Source: Cyanophora paradoxa CCMP329
Taxonomy: Eukaryota > Plantae > Glaucophyta
DNA: 64,000 nt
NCBI GenBank assembly: GCA_004431415.1
Contig: QPMI01000122.1
Location: forward strand, 88,491-152,490
Direction: 5' to 3'
Positions 1-11,498 of the stretch are shown here, piece by piece. The translations under genes were made by a program, and so were the position numbers. Position 1 is the stretch's first letter. Each line of letters starts with the position of its first letter. The notes under the pieces were generated by a model. The model did not search any database. It saw only the letters and a list, made by a program, of their open reading frames with translations, and had not been told where the DNA came from.

Positions 1-2728
1 CTGCGCGGGCCGGCTGGGTCAGCAGGGGCCGGCGCGGCGGGGGTAGGGGGGCGGAGCGCACGTGCTGCATGTGGCCCTGGGCGACGTGACCGGAGTAGCG
101 CTGCAGGCCCGAGGCCTGGGGCAGGGGCGCCGGGCTCGAGACGCCCATGTTCTGCTTCGGCTTGCGGCCGGGCTTGCGGCGCAGGTTGGCGAGGCGCTCG
201 CTCTCCTTGAGGTTGGCGTCAGAGTGCTCCTTCGCGTTTCTTGCCAGGTACGCCACCACGTGCCCGTCGATTTGGCCCCAGCGGTCTGCGCGCGAGGGCT
301 CGGCCGGGGCGCGGCACACGGTCCGGGCCGGAGGGCAGACGCACGGGTGGCGACGCGGGCCTGGATCTCAGACTTGATGGAGAGGATCCAGCCGAAGAAC
401 ATCATGACAGCCTCCTCGTACATCGAGAGCGCCCGCGCGTGGTTCCGGTGGAAACGCTTCATGTGCATGTCGAACTGCGCCGGGGAGGGTCGGTTCGGGT
501 GGCGCCGGCGGGGCGGCGGCGGCCCGGGGCGGGGGCGCACGAGCTCGTAGGCGGAGCGGCGGCGGCGGCGGGAGCCGGAGCCGTCGCCGTCGTCCATGTC
601 CTCCTCCTCCTCCATGACCTCGTGCTCGACCTGGTGGTGGTGGTGCATCATCTCCATCTGGCCCCCTCCCACCGGCTCGATCGGCTGCTGCATCCCGTCC
701 GGGCCCATCTGCACGGCCCCCGTGCCGTCGTCCCCGCCCATCTCGCCCATCTGCATCGAGGACGCCGTCGAGCGGCGCGGCTGAGGCGGCTGCGAGATGC
801 GCCGCGGCGGCGGGTGCGGGTCCTGCTTCGTCGACGTGTTCATCGTGCTCTGCACCGGCGAGTCAGCGCCGCTGGCGGGGGCCGGGCCGGGGCGGGGCGG
901 GGGCAGGCCTTGCGGCGCTCAAGATCGTCGCGCTTCTGGTTGACGACATCCTTGGCCTTCTGGAAGTTGCGAAAGAGGGTCTTGTACTGCTCCATGTACT
1001 TCCAGTACATCTCCTGCAGGTTTTCGTTGTCCAGCGACTGGATGTACTGCAGGAACGACTCGTACGCCGGCCGGTCGTCCCCCATCCCGTCCTCCCCGTC
1101 CTTCATCCGCCGCGACCGCTTCCGCATCGCCTTTCCGTCCGACATGTCCGACGAGCGGCCGGGGAGCGTGAGGGGGCCCGGCGCCATCAGCGTCGGGAGG
1201 CTCTGGATGGTCGCCGTCCAGGACGAGGCCGGGGCGGCGTAGGTCATGGTGGCGGCCGGCACGGCGACGGTCATGTGCGCCTGCTGGTGGTGGTGGTGGT
1301 AGGCCGGCTGGACGTGGCCGTGGGCATGCGCGTGCGCCGCCGGGTCGTGCGCGACGTGCCCGTGCTGCACCATCACGCCGCCCGAGGCCGCCACCTCCTC
1401 CATCGGGTGCGCGTGCGCGTGCGCGTGCGCGTGGGCCTGCGCCTGAGCCTGCGCGTGGTGCATCGCAGCCGGGTCCACTGGCATCGACGCCTCCGGCATC
1501 TGGTACTGCGGCGGGGCGTGCATCCCCATCTCCTCCTCCTTCTTCTTGGCCGAGCGCCGCTTGCGCGAGCCCTTGCCGAAGTCATCGTCGTTCTGGTCGT
1601 CCTCCTCCTCGCTGAGCTCGCCCGCCTCCTGCTTCTTGCGCGACGCACGGCGCTGGCGCTTGCCGCTCACGTCGCCTCCATCCGCGCCCGGAGTCGGAGG
1701 CGGAGCGCCGTGGCTGATCGGCAGCGGAGGAGCGTGCTCGGCGTGCTGAGGCATCGCCTGCTGCACCTCCTGCGGCACCTCCGGCTGCTGCTTCTGGCTC
1801 TCGTCATCGGTCAGGTCGGACTCCTCCAAGACACCGTTGTCCACGCCGATGATACGGCCGGGGAGCGGCTTCAGGGTGCCAGTGGCCGCCACGTACGTGC
1901 TCCTGCGACGGAGTCAGGAGCTCCGGCAAAAGGAAGACGATAACTAAAAAAGCTTTCTGATAAGAATGGTACGCATGGAACACGCACCGGCAGAGGAAGG
2001 AGAGGTTGTCCTCGGGAAGGATCGGGCTGGGCTCGTCCGGCTTCAGGTGGTAGATGGCCACCTTCTCGTGCGCACTGGACAGGAGCAAATTCAAATTCAA
2101 AAGCGTTACGGAACTACAAAGCACGCTACCTCTCCGCGGGCTGGCCCTTCTCACGCGACTCCGAGAAGAAGATTTCGCGGGGCTCAGCCGGGTGCGGAAG
2201 GCCGGGCGCATCGGGCGTAGGAGCGGGCTGTAACACAATTAGAGCTCGCAGAGAGCATTGGCGGAAGCGCGCCGACCTGGTACGCATGCCGAGGGAAGAA
2301 GTACCACCTGATGTCAACAAGCACGGCGGCGGGGTTCTCATCTGTCGGAAAGGTATCGGAATTCAATTAGGAACCCGGAAAAGCGCATTGGAGGCGCCCC
2401 CGGCCGGGAAAGAGCGGCACGGACCCCTTGTGTAAATCTTCTCGATGGCAGCGACGTGCTTCTCGTGCCCGATGTCGATATAAGTCACTTCGCCCATATC
2501 GTACTGCACGCCACCGAGCAGAAACGACCGGTACATCCTCTTGTTCAAGTGCCGGCCTCCCATCCCGATTGACTCGCCGAGGACAGTCGCGACCCGCTCC
2601 GCCACAACAGCAGTGACAGGTGCCTGTTTCCGTAGCGGAAAACCCAAGTGAGGCCCCGTGAGACCACCGCGAGGACGAAAAAGCGGCGGACGCACGGCGG
2701 CGACCTGCTCCGCCGCTTGACCCTCCAT
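1..2728 (-). CDS. Multi-exon BAH-domain chromatin protein with long His/Gln/acidic low-complexity C-terminal part; 3' end at or beyond the window edge
   Basis: ATG at 2728. Spliced exons read MYRSFLLGGVQYDMGEVTYIDIGHEKHVAAIEKIY...VLVDIRWYFFP...SFLCRCVF, the typical BAH pattern. Continues into ORFs 840-1892 and 19-855. Confidence 0.65.
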
Positions 2729-3020
2729 TCTGAACGAACTGCGGGGCCACCCGAAATCCCGAGGCTGGGCGAAGCTTCAACGACCGGAACTTTTGAACCC
2801 CGTGAAACGGGGCTACGTTGCCAAAGGATGGCGGGGCTACGCGCACCAGCGAGGGCTACGAAGAAGCAAGTTGTGGGGGGTAAATGTTGTAGGGGGGTAC
2901 ATCCATTCCTATTCGCCGCATCGGTTATCCAGGGCTCCGTTCGGGCGGAGCGCCGAGCGCACCCCTTCAGAGCTAGCTTTGTGCGGGCGGTTGCAGCCAG
3001 CTCGGGCGCGCCGGGCCGAG

Positions 3021-6000
3021 ATGTCGCACGCCGCCGCCGCGGCGGTCCCTGCCGTCGAGGGGCACGGGACGGGTCACTCTTTCGTGTCGGCCTCCCTCGC
3101 CGAGTACTGCCTGGCACGTATCCCGCTCCCTCGGGCTCGGCGCCCCTTAGCTTAAACTCGAGGCGCAGCAATACGGCACCTTCGCGGTGGTCTCTTTTGC
3201 TAGCAGTCGGTTTGCGATCCTGTTCCCGAAGATCAAGCTGCCTCTCATCTCGTGAGCCCGCGCGCTCGGATCGAATCCCAGCCGCCCGCCGAGGAGCCCG
3301 AACCTGCTCTCGCAGCGGTTATCTCATCGCGGGAATCATCGTCGGCCCTTTCGTGCTTAACATCGTCGAGAAGTCCGCGCTGCCGCACCTCGGCTTCATC
3401 ACGTAAGCTCAGCTGGAAGCGGCGCCCGAGCTTGCGAACCTGATCCTGCTGCCCCGCGCCGCGCAGTCAGTTCGCCCTAGCTTTCATTTCCTTTTCGGCG
3501 GGGGCCGGTGCGAACGTCCCGCCTCTGTGTCCTTTCCCGCGCTGATGCGGCTCCTTATCGCCATCCGCCAGAGCTCTACCTGCCCGGTGAGCCCTTTCCG
3601 GCAGGGATGAGCCGCGTCCAGTCGGCGCAGCGACGGGGGAGCGCTGGTCGCCGCCCGCGGCCCAAGGGCTGACGCTCGGACCCGCGCAGAGCTGCGGGAG
3701 TTGTTCAAGCAGATCATATGGATCACGGGCTTGATTGGGGTTTTCACGTACATCATCTCGACCTTTGTGGTCATGGGGCTCTCCTCGGGCGGCCTGTGCG
3801 CCCCGATCCCGCCCCCCACCCGCCGCCCCGCGCGCCGCCCCGCCGCCCGCAGCCGACCGCCGCGCCGCGCCCGCGCAGGCTACCGTCCATGGTCGGGCAA
3901 TCGACGTCGTGCAGTGCGCCCGGCGCCGCCGCGTGTCGCGCCCCCTCGCCGCGCTGAGGGGCGGCAGTCTTCGGGGTCTCGCTGGTCGTGGCATCGATCA
4001 TGGTCGCCCGATCGCCCGCCTCCGCCATCGCCATCGTGCGGCCCCCCGCGCGTCCCGTCGCGTCGCGTCGCCGGCGCGCTGACACGTCGCCCACGCCCCG
4101 CCCCGCCCCGCCCCGCCCCGCCCTTCCCCGCCCCTGCCTGCAGGTGAAGGAGCTGCGCGCCAAGGGCCCCTTCACGTCCGCCCTCCTCGGCGTCACCGTC
4201 GTCTGTGCGCGCCCCCGCCCCCTCCCCCGCCCCTCCGGGGTCGCATGCGCGGCGACGGTGAGACGGGGCGGCAGGCGATGTGGTGGTGCTGATCCTCTTC
4301 GCCGTCTCGATCGAGGTGGGGCGGACGAGCTGCTACCCCGGGAAGAGCTTCAACATCATCGCCCTCTGCGTCCTCGTCCTCGAGCTCGCCCTCGCCGTCG
4401 GCATCGGCTACTGCGTCGGCAAGCTCCTCATCTGTCCGCCCGCCCCGCCCCGCCCCGCCCCGCCGCTTCAAGGGCCGACGCGCCGGCAGTCTACCTGTGG
4501 ATCCCGCGGGTGCCGGCGGAGTTCCTGATCCTCCCGACGGGCTTCATCCTCTTCCTCATCTCGAACGCCATCACGAACTACACGGAGGAGCACTTCTCCT
4601 ACGAGATCAACCTCGAGCCCCTCCTCATCTGTCCGCCCCCGCCCCCCTCGCCCCGGCTCGCCCTCCCGCGCCCCCCCCTCCGCCCGCCTGAGCCCCGCCC
4701 GCCCGGCAGGCATCGTGGGCGGCTACATCGCGACCAACCAGTCGCTGAACCGCAACAAGTTCCTCATGCTCATCTCCAAGTCCGGTGCGCCCCGCCAAGG
4801 GCCCGCCGCCCGGCCCCGAGCCCCGGCCCGACGCCGGCTTAACCCCGACGCGCAGGCCCCTACATCTTCATCCCCTTCTTCACCCTCACGGGCGCCGCCC
4901 TCGACCTCGGCGTCATGTTCAAGGCGCCCCCGCCCCCCGGCGTCCCGCGCGCCCGCGCGCGCCCGCGCGGCGGCGGCTGAGCGCGGGGCGCAGTCGATCG
5001 CGTTCGCGTGCATCCTCTTCGCCGTGCGGATGATCTGCATCTTCTTCGGGTCGTTCCTCGGGGGCGTGATGGCGAAGAGCCCCAAGTCGCACAACCTCCA
5101 CATGTGGATGACGATGCTCACCCAGGCCGGCGTCTCCCTCGGCCTCGCCCTCAAGGTCGCCACCGCCTTCAAGGGTCCGCCCCGCCCCGCGCCCCGCGCC
5201 CCGCGGTGCCGGCGGCCGGCCGACGGGGGCGGGCGCCGGGGCAGGGTTCGGGGACTCGCTGGCGACGTCGGTGATCGCGGTGGTCGTGATCAACCAGCTG
5301 GTGGGCCCCGTGCTCTGCAAGGTGGGCATCAAGCGCGTCGGCGAGGCCCGCTCCCTCGCCGAGGCCGCCCTCGACATGGTCGGCGAGGGCCGCGCCGTGC
5401 GCCCCGCCCGCCCCTACCCTTCCCTCTCGCCCGCGCACGCCCCGCCGCCGCCGCCGACGCCGCCGATGCCGCTGGACGCAGGGTGTGATCAACCGGGTGC
5501 TGATCCTGGGGGCCGAGCCGGACGCCTTCCCCCTCGCCGTCCGCCTCCTCCGCGACCACTACCACGTCCGCCCCCGCCCCCGACCCCGCCCCCGCCCGCC
5601 TTCGCCTCCGACGCGAGCCGCCCGGGGCCGGGCCCCGCAGGTGGTCGTCGTGGACTTCGACCAGGAGAAGCTGGACCGGATGACGGAGCGGCTGACGGCG
5701 GCGGACAAGTACATGCGGGAGAAGAGCCTGCTGCGGGCGAAGCGCGAGGAGCACGGCGGGCACGGCGGGCACGGCGAGCACGGGGCCCCCGCCCCCGCGG
5801 CGAAGAAGGAGGCGGACGTGGAGGCGGCAGGGGCCGGCGAGAAGAAGGAGGCGGCGTACCGGGGGGCGGTGGTGCACGAGCTGATCGGGGGCAAGTTCGA
5901 GGCGCGGCAGCTGGGCGTGCTCGAGGGGGGCGACCTGGAGCGCGTCGGCGTGCTCGTCGAGAGCGCCACGCTCGACCTCGACAGGCACAACACCGTCGCC

Positions 6001-6693
6001 GCCATCGCCTGCTTCGAGAACGACCGCCTCAACTACATGGCCTGCAAGCACATCGTCCACCAGCTCAAGCTCGGGCGCGTCTGCTGCCGCCTCACCAACG
6101 CCGAGTGGCGGGAGACGCTGGTGGCGCTGGGCGTCTACCCCATCTACAACCTCTCGCTCTGCGCGCACTACGCCTTCCAGACGCTCTTCACGGCGCCGCA
6201 CCAGAAGTTCGACTTCCTCTTCCTCCCCGTCTCCGCCCAGGCCGTCGGCTCCGTCATCGAGCTCTTCGAGCACGACTTCTTCCTCGCCGGCCTCTCCCCC
6301 GAGCAGCGCGACGCCTTCGCCGCCCAGCACCCGGGGCCCTACGAGTCTGGCCTCATCGCCCGCCCCTCCGAGGCCGCCGCCGCCGCCGCCGCCGCCAACG
6401 CGCAGGCCGGCATCGGGCGGCTGCTGGCGGGCGGGGACGGGATGAAGGAGCACGAGCGGTCCGAGTTCCTGGACCACCTGTGCATGCGGGAGGAGGACGG
6501 GGCCCGCATCGAGGCCGAGGAGAAGCGCGTCCTCGAGCTCCTCGCCTCCGGCTCCTCCCTCTCCTCCCTCCGCGCCGAAGCCCCGCGCCCCGTCCCCCCC
6601 GGCTCCGTCGTCCCCTCCGACGCCCCCCGCGCCGGGCCCGGCGGCGGCGGCGGCGTGCCCCTGCCCCCGCTCCCGCCCCGCGGCAACTCTTAG
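3021..6693 (+). CDS. CPA2/KefB-like cation/H+ antiporter with C-terminal RCK/TrkA-N-like domain, many short introns
   Basis: Exons KLPLISGYLIAGIIVGPFVL, FISFSAGAELYLP, RSPASAIAIVKELRAKGPFT, FFTLTGAALDL, QAGVSLGLA, INQLVGPVLCK; then RVLILGA...VVVVDFDQEKL. Stop at 6691-6693. Confidence 0.85.
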
Positions 6694-7072
6694 GTAGGAC
6701 CCGGGAGCGCCCCCAGCTTCGACCGTACCCGTAGCTATCTATAGTGATTCATCGTTCATCTTACGTATGGCAGGTAGAGAGTCAGGCAGGACCGCGTGCA
6801 CAGTTCTAGAGTTTGGATGCCTTTACTGCCTGGGCCCGCGCCCAGCGAGTTTCAAATACATCGATTGATCATGAAGCATGCGTGGAACAGAAGAGCGGCG
6901 AGTCGAGCGGGGAACGAGATCTAGAGAGGGCGGGGTAGGAGAAGGTGCCGGGCCCCGGAAGGGCGGGGAGCCGGCGCCTAGGCCTGGCCATGGGGGCGTG
7001 TCGGAGGATGGGACACCGGGAGGTGCGGATGGATGGGATGCGCGTGGGGCGGGGCGGGGCGGGGCGGGGGGC

Positions 7073-7785
7073 TCAGATGGCAGTCTTGTTCATGAACTTC
7101 TTCTTGCTGAAGGCCATCCAGTGCTTGTTGGGCTGGCCCGTCGCAAAGACCAGGTCCGCCACCCGCCGCGAGCACTCCTGCCGCACCTGCCGCGCGTACT
7201 CCCGGAACAGGTCTGCGCCCCCGCGTCGCCACGCGGCGCGGCTGGGCGCGCTGGCGGCCGCCGGGCGCGTCGAGCGCACCGCCCTCCGCGGGGTCGGCGG
7301 GGTCGGAGAAGAGGCCGCCGAAGGGGAATCCGGGCTGCCCGGGGATCGGGAACTCCTGCAGGGCGAAGACGTTCACGGCCTGCGCGGGGCGGGGGTTGGC
7401 TCGGCAGCGGCGAGGGGGGCCGAGCTCGGGCGGGCCTTGTGGGCCTTGTCCTTCGTGTCGCATCCCTCCATCTTCTTCAGGCAGATGTTGATGAAGAGCG
7501 TGAGGTACATGAGGAGCCTGTCCGCCGGGCCCTCGATCGAAAAAGTGCGAAACATGATGTTGGGGCGGAAGAGGTCGATGGCCTCGTCGATGATGTCCGG
7601 CTTGTCTGCGCGCCCGCCGTTAGCTACGCCGCTCCAGCGTGCGCCGCGGCGCACGCGCCTGGGTCCGCGATGTTCGCCCGCTGCCCGCTCTTAACGACGA
7701 CCGAGTTGCCGAGCTTCAGCGGGAGCAGCAGGCAGCCGCACGCCTGCTTCGCCTGCACGGCGTTGAAGCTACTGTGGTAGACCAT
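7073..7785 (-). CDS. ARPC3: Arp2/3 complex subunit 3 (p21-Arc), 4 exons
   Basis: MVYHSSFN...DIIDEAIDLFRPNIMFRTFSIEGPADRLLMYLTLFI...FPIPGQPGFPFGGLF...PNKHWMAFSKKKFMNK, a highly recognisable ARPC3 sequence. Confidence 0.95.
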
Positions 7786-8014
7786 CAATGGCGGTCTGCG
7801 CTGCTGCGCCCCTGTCCTCGACGCGTCGTTTCAAAAAAACGAGCTGGCCAGGCGCCGCGCGAGATGCTGGCTGCGCCTACGCGATGCGATGGACCCTTCG
7901 GACGTGCTGGTGCAGCGGCCGTTCGAGTCGGCGGCAGCTATTAGATAGAGTGTACCCCTCCCGGCCCTTCCGTCAGGCAGCACAGCGACCGCCACGGGAT
8001 ATGTACAGCAGATT

Positions 8015-11000
8015 CTATCCCGTGACAGAGCGTACACTTGCCCACAGTCTGCGGCGGGCCACCCCCGCGCTACCCCCCGCCCCTGAGGGCCGCGACCTGG
8101 CGGTGGAAGACGGGGCGCGGGGGGCTCGCGAGGAGCGGCGTGGAGGCGCCGGACACGGCGGCGGAGGAGGGCCGGCCCGGGGAGATGACGCCGTGGGGGG
8201 GCACGCCAACCGCCGCCCCCGCGACCACCTGTCGGGCCAGGCGCCTCAGCGGCGCCTCGACGCGAGTCGGGAAGGGCGCGGGGCGGGGCGGGCGGGCGGG
8301 CCTGCTTGCGGAGGGCGGTGAACTGGGCCTCGACGCCCTCGAGGTGGCGGCGCTGCTTCTCGGCCTCCGCGGCGCGCGCCTTGACCGCCTCGGCCAGCAC
8401 CGCGTGCAGCTGCTCCCGCTCCGCCTCCGCCGCCTCCAGCGCCCGCCGCTCCCGGAGCCGCTCCTCCATCGCCGCCCGCAGCTCCTCGCGGAAGGTCGCC
8501 CGCCGCTGCGCCGCGCGGCACGCCGCCAGCCGCGGCTCCCCCGCGAACTCCGCCTCGTAGAGCTCCTCCAGGTCTTTCCCCGTCACCTGCACCTGCTCCC
8601 CAGCCCCGCCCGTCAGCCGGCCGGGGCGGGCGGGCCGGGGCGGGGCGGCCTGGAGCTCGGCGACGAGGGCCTGGACGCGGGCCGGCTCGAGGCGGCGGGC
8701 GAGGCGGAGGAGCGCCCGTACCAGCCGCCCGCCTGCGCCGCCTCCCGCCACGCACGGAACGCCCGCGCCCGCCTCCGGAACTGCACCACCGCCAGCACCT
8801 GCCCCGCCCCGGCCCCGCCCCGCTCGCGCCGGAGCGGACGAGGCGAGGGGGGAAGGGAGGGGCGGGGGGCGGGCCTGGGCGGCGGCGGCCTGCTCGGCGA
8901 CGGCGGCGAGCTCGGCGCGGCGGAGGGCCTCCACCTCGTCCCGCACCTCCGCCACCCGCGCCGCCAGCTCCCCGTCGTGCCGCAGCCGCCACGCCCGCGT
9001 CCCTCCCGCCACGCCCGCAGCGCCCCCCGCATCGCGCTGTCGCCCCGCGCCCTCAGCCGCCGCGCGCGGCGGGGCGGGGCGGGGCCGACGGATCGACCCG
9101 GTGCGCACTTCTCGCGGGCGACGCGGCGGAGGCGGGCGGTGAGGCGGGCGTGGCGCGCGGCGGCGCGGGCGCCCTCGCGCCACTCGTCGAACGCCGCCCG
9201 CACCGCCGCCAGCTCCCGCCTGCGCCGCCGCGTCGGGGGCGGAGGGGGCGGGGGCGGGGCGGGGGCGGACCGGCGGAGGAGGGTGCAGCCGACCTGGCGG
9301 TGGGCGCGCTGCTCCCGGAAGGTCCCCGCATCGCCCCGAACGCGTCCTGCGCCCCGCGCGCCCCCGTGAGGCGCCGGGGCGGGCGGGCGGGCGAGGGGCG
9401 GGGGCGCGCGGGGCGCACAGAGAGGAGGCGGCGGCGCTGCGTGCGGGCGACGACGGCGCAGAGGCGGCGGCGGTCGGCCCCGCAGGCGCCCACAGCCGCA
9501 GCGCCGCGAGGGCCGCCGCGAGGCCCCGCCGCGCCCGCCGCGCGTTCATCTCCGCCACGCGCCCCTCGATGCGCAGCTTGCGCCGCACCACGTCCCGCCA
9601 CGCCCGGAACGACTGCCCCGGCGTCAGCCGGCGCCGGCGCCCGCGGGGGCCCCGGGGCGGGGCGGACGAAGGCGGCGGTGCAGTGGAGAGCGAAGGCGCG
9701 CTGCGTCTCGCCCCAGCGCTGCACCGCCGCGCCCCGCTGCCGCAGCTGCCCAACCCCCGCGCGCTCAGCGGGGCTCAGGGGGGCGGGGCGGGGCGGGGCG
9801 GGGCGGACGAGGCGGTCGGCGCGGGTGGCGACGGCGGCGTGGCGGGCCTCGGCGGCCTGCGCGGCGGCCTCGGCGTCGACCCGCAGCTGCGCGATCGTGC
9901 GGACGCCCCCGAGTTCTGCCGCTCCAGCCGCGCCGCCTCCGCCGTCGCCGCCGCCAGCCGCCCGAGAGCTCCTGGCCCGAGGCCCGCAGCGCCCGCGCCT
10001 CCGCCTCGGAGGCCGCCGCGCGCTCGCGCAGGCTGGCGGCCTCGGAGCGGGCGTCGGCGAGGGCGCGCTCGGCCCTGGCGCGCCCCGCCGACTCGGACTC
10101 GAGCTCGGAGGAGAGGCGCTCGACGTCGGCGCGGAGGGCGGCGCGCTCGGCGAGGAGCGCCGCCGCCTGCTCGCGCAGCGCCTCCAGGTGCTCCCGCATC
10201 TTCCCGCCCGCCTCCGACTCGGCCTCCGCCGTCGCCCGCATGGAGGCGTAGTGCCGCTCGAGGTGCGTCTTGAGCGACGCCGTCGCCTCGAGCTCGCTCT
10301 GCGCCTCCCGCAGCCGCCGCTGCGTCTCGTGCAGCTCCGCCCGCAGCGCCCCCGCCGCCTCCGCCTCCCGGTCCCGCCCCTCCAGCGCCCCCTGCAGCTC
10401 CCGCCGCAGCCGCGCCCCTCCGCCTCCAGCCGCGCCGCGCGGGCCGTCTCCGCCTCCAGGCGCCCGCCGAGGTCGGCCGCCTCGGCGCGCAGGCGGTCCG
10501 CCGCCTGCTGCTCCTCCTCCATCACCGTGCGCGCCGCCTCCGCCTCGGCCGTCAGGCGCTCCTTGGCCGCCTCCAGGCCGCCCCGCAGCCGCAGCTCGGC
10601 GTCCAGGCGCCAGCGCAGCTTCCCGATCTCCGCCTCCAGCGACTGGCACCACTCCTGCGCCACCTGCCGTGCCTGCCGGCCCCCGCGCGCCCGCCCCGCG
10701 TCGGCGGCCCGCCGCGGCAGCGCCAGGCGGCCGCGCCCCGCGCACCTTGACCTCGCACTCGAGCTGGTTGCGCAGGAAGGCCTCGTTCAGGGGGCCCGAG
10801 GCGCCCGCCTGGAAGAGGCTCATGCTCACGCCCGACGCGTCCAGCTGCGGCTCCTCCTTCCCCATGCGCGCCTTCTCGCAGTCCTCGATCGTCCTGCGCG
10901 GGCGCGGCTCAGCGGCGGCCCCGCCCGCCCGCGTCGTCCCCGCGCCCGGCGAGCTCCCGCAGCGATCCCGTCACTCACTCGATGAGCTTTTCGATTGCAT

Positions 11001-11337
11001 CGAATCGGGTGGACTCGTCCCCCTCGTAAAGGCTCTTCTCCAGGTCCTCCTTCAGCGCCGCGCGCACGGGCGGCGTCGCCGCGATGATGCTGGACAGGAG
11101 CTGGAAGGCCCTCTCGGCTTGCTGCGAGGCGCTCGCTTCTGAGGAGCCCAAGCCGGACCCCCAGCTATGCGGGGCGACTCACCTCATCAGCCACCTCCTT
11201 GCTCGTCGCGCGCTGGAGCAGCACGTCGAGCGGTCTGAGCAAACCCCCCGCGTGAGCAAGCGCGATAGCAGTGCAAGAAGGGGAGCCCCGAACCCTGTGG
11301 CCGCTGGCCTCGCGGACGTGCCCGCAGAGGCGACCAT
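8015..11337 (-). CDS. Coiled-coil protein with Trp-spaced (Sfi1-like) repeats, multi-exon
   Basis: Long E/A/R heptad exons plus repeated 'AF..WR' motifs (SFRAWRDVV, AALRLW, RAAFDEWRE, GALRAWRE, RAFRAWRE). Exon boundaries inferred by eye. Confidence 0.55.
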
Positions 11338-11498
11338 GGCCCGGGGCGGTCCGCGAGCTAGTTTTTAGACTCAGTAGATCCCGCAGATGCAGGCGGAACG
11401 CTTATCGGGCCACTGGCGTCGTCTTCAGCGGCTAGTTGAGAGTTTTGCGGTAGCCCCCCAATAACTGCCCTGGTCTGCCCACGAAGAGCAGCGCGAAG

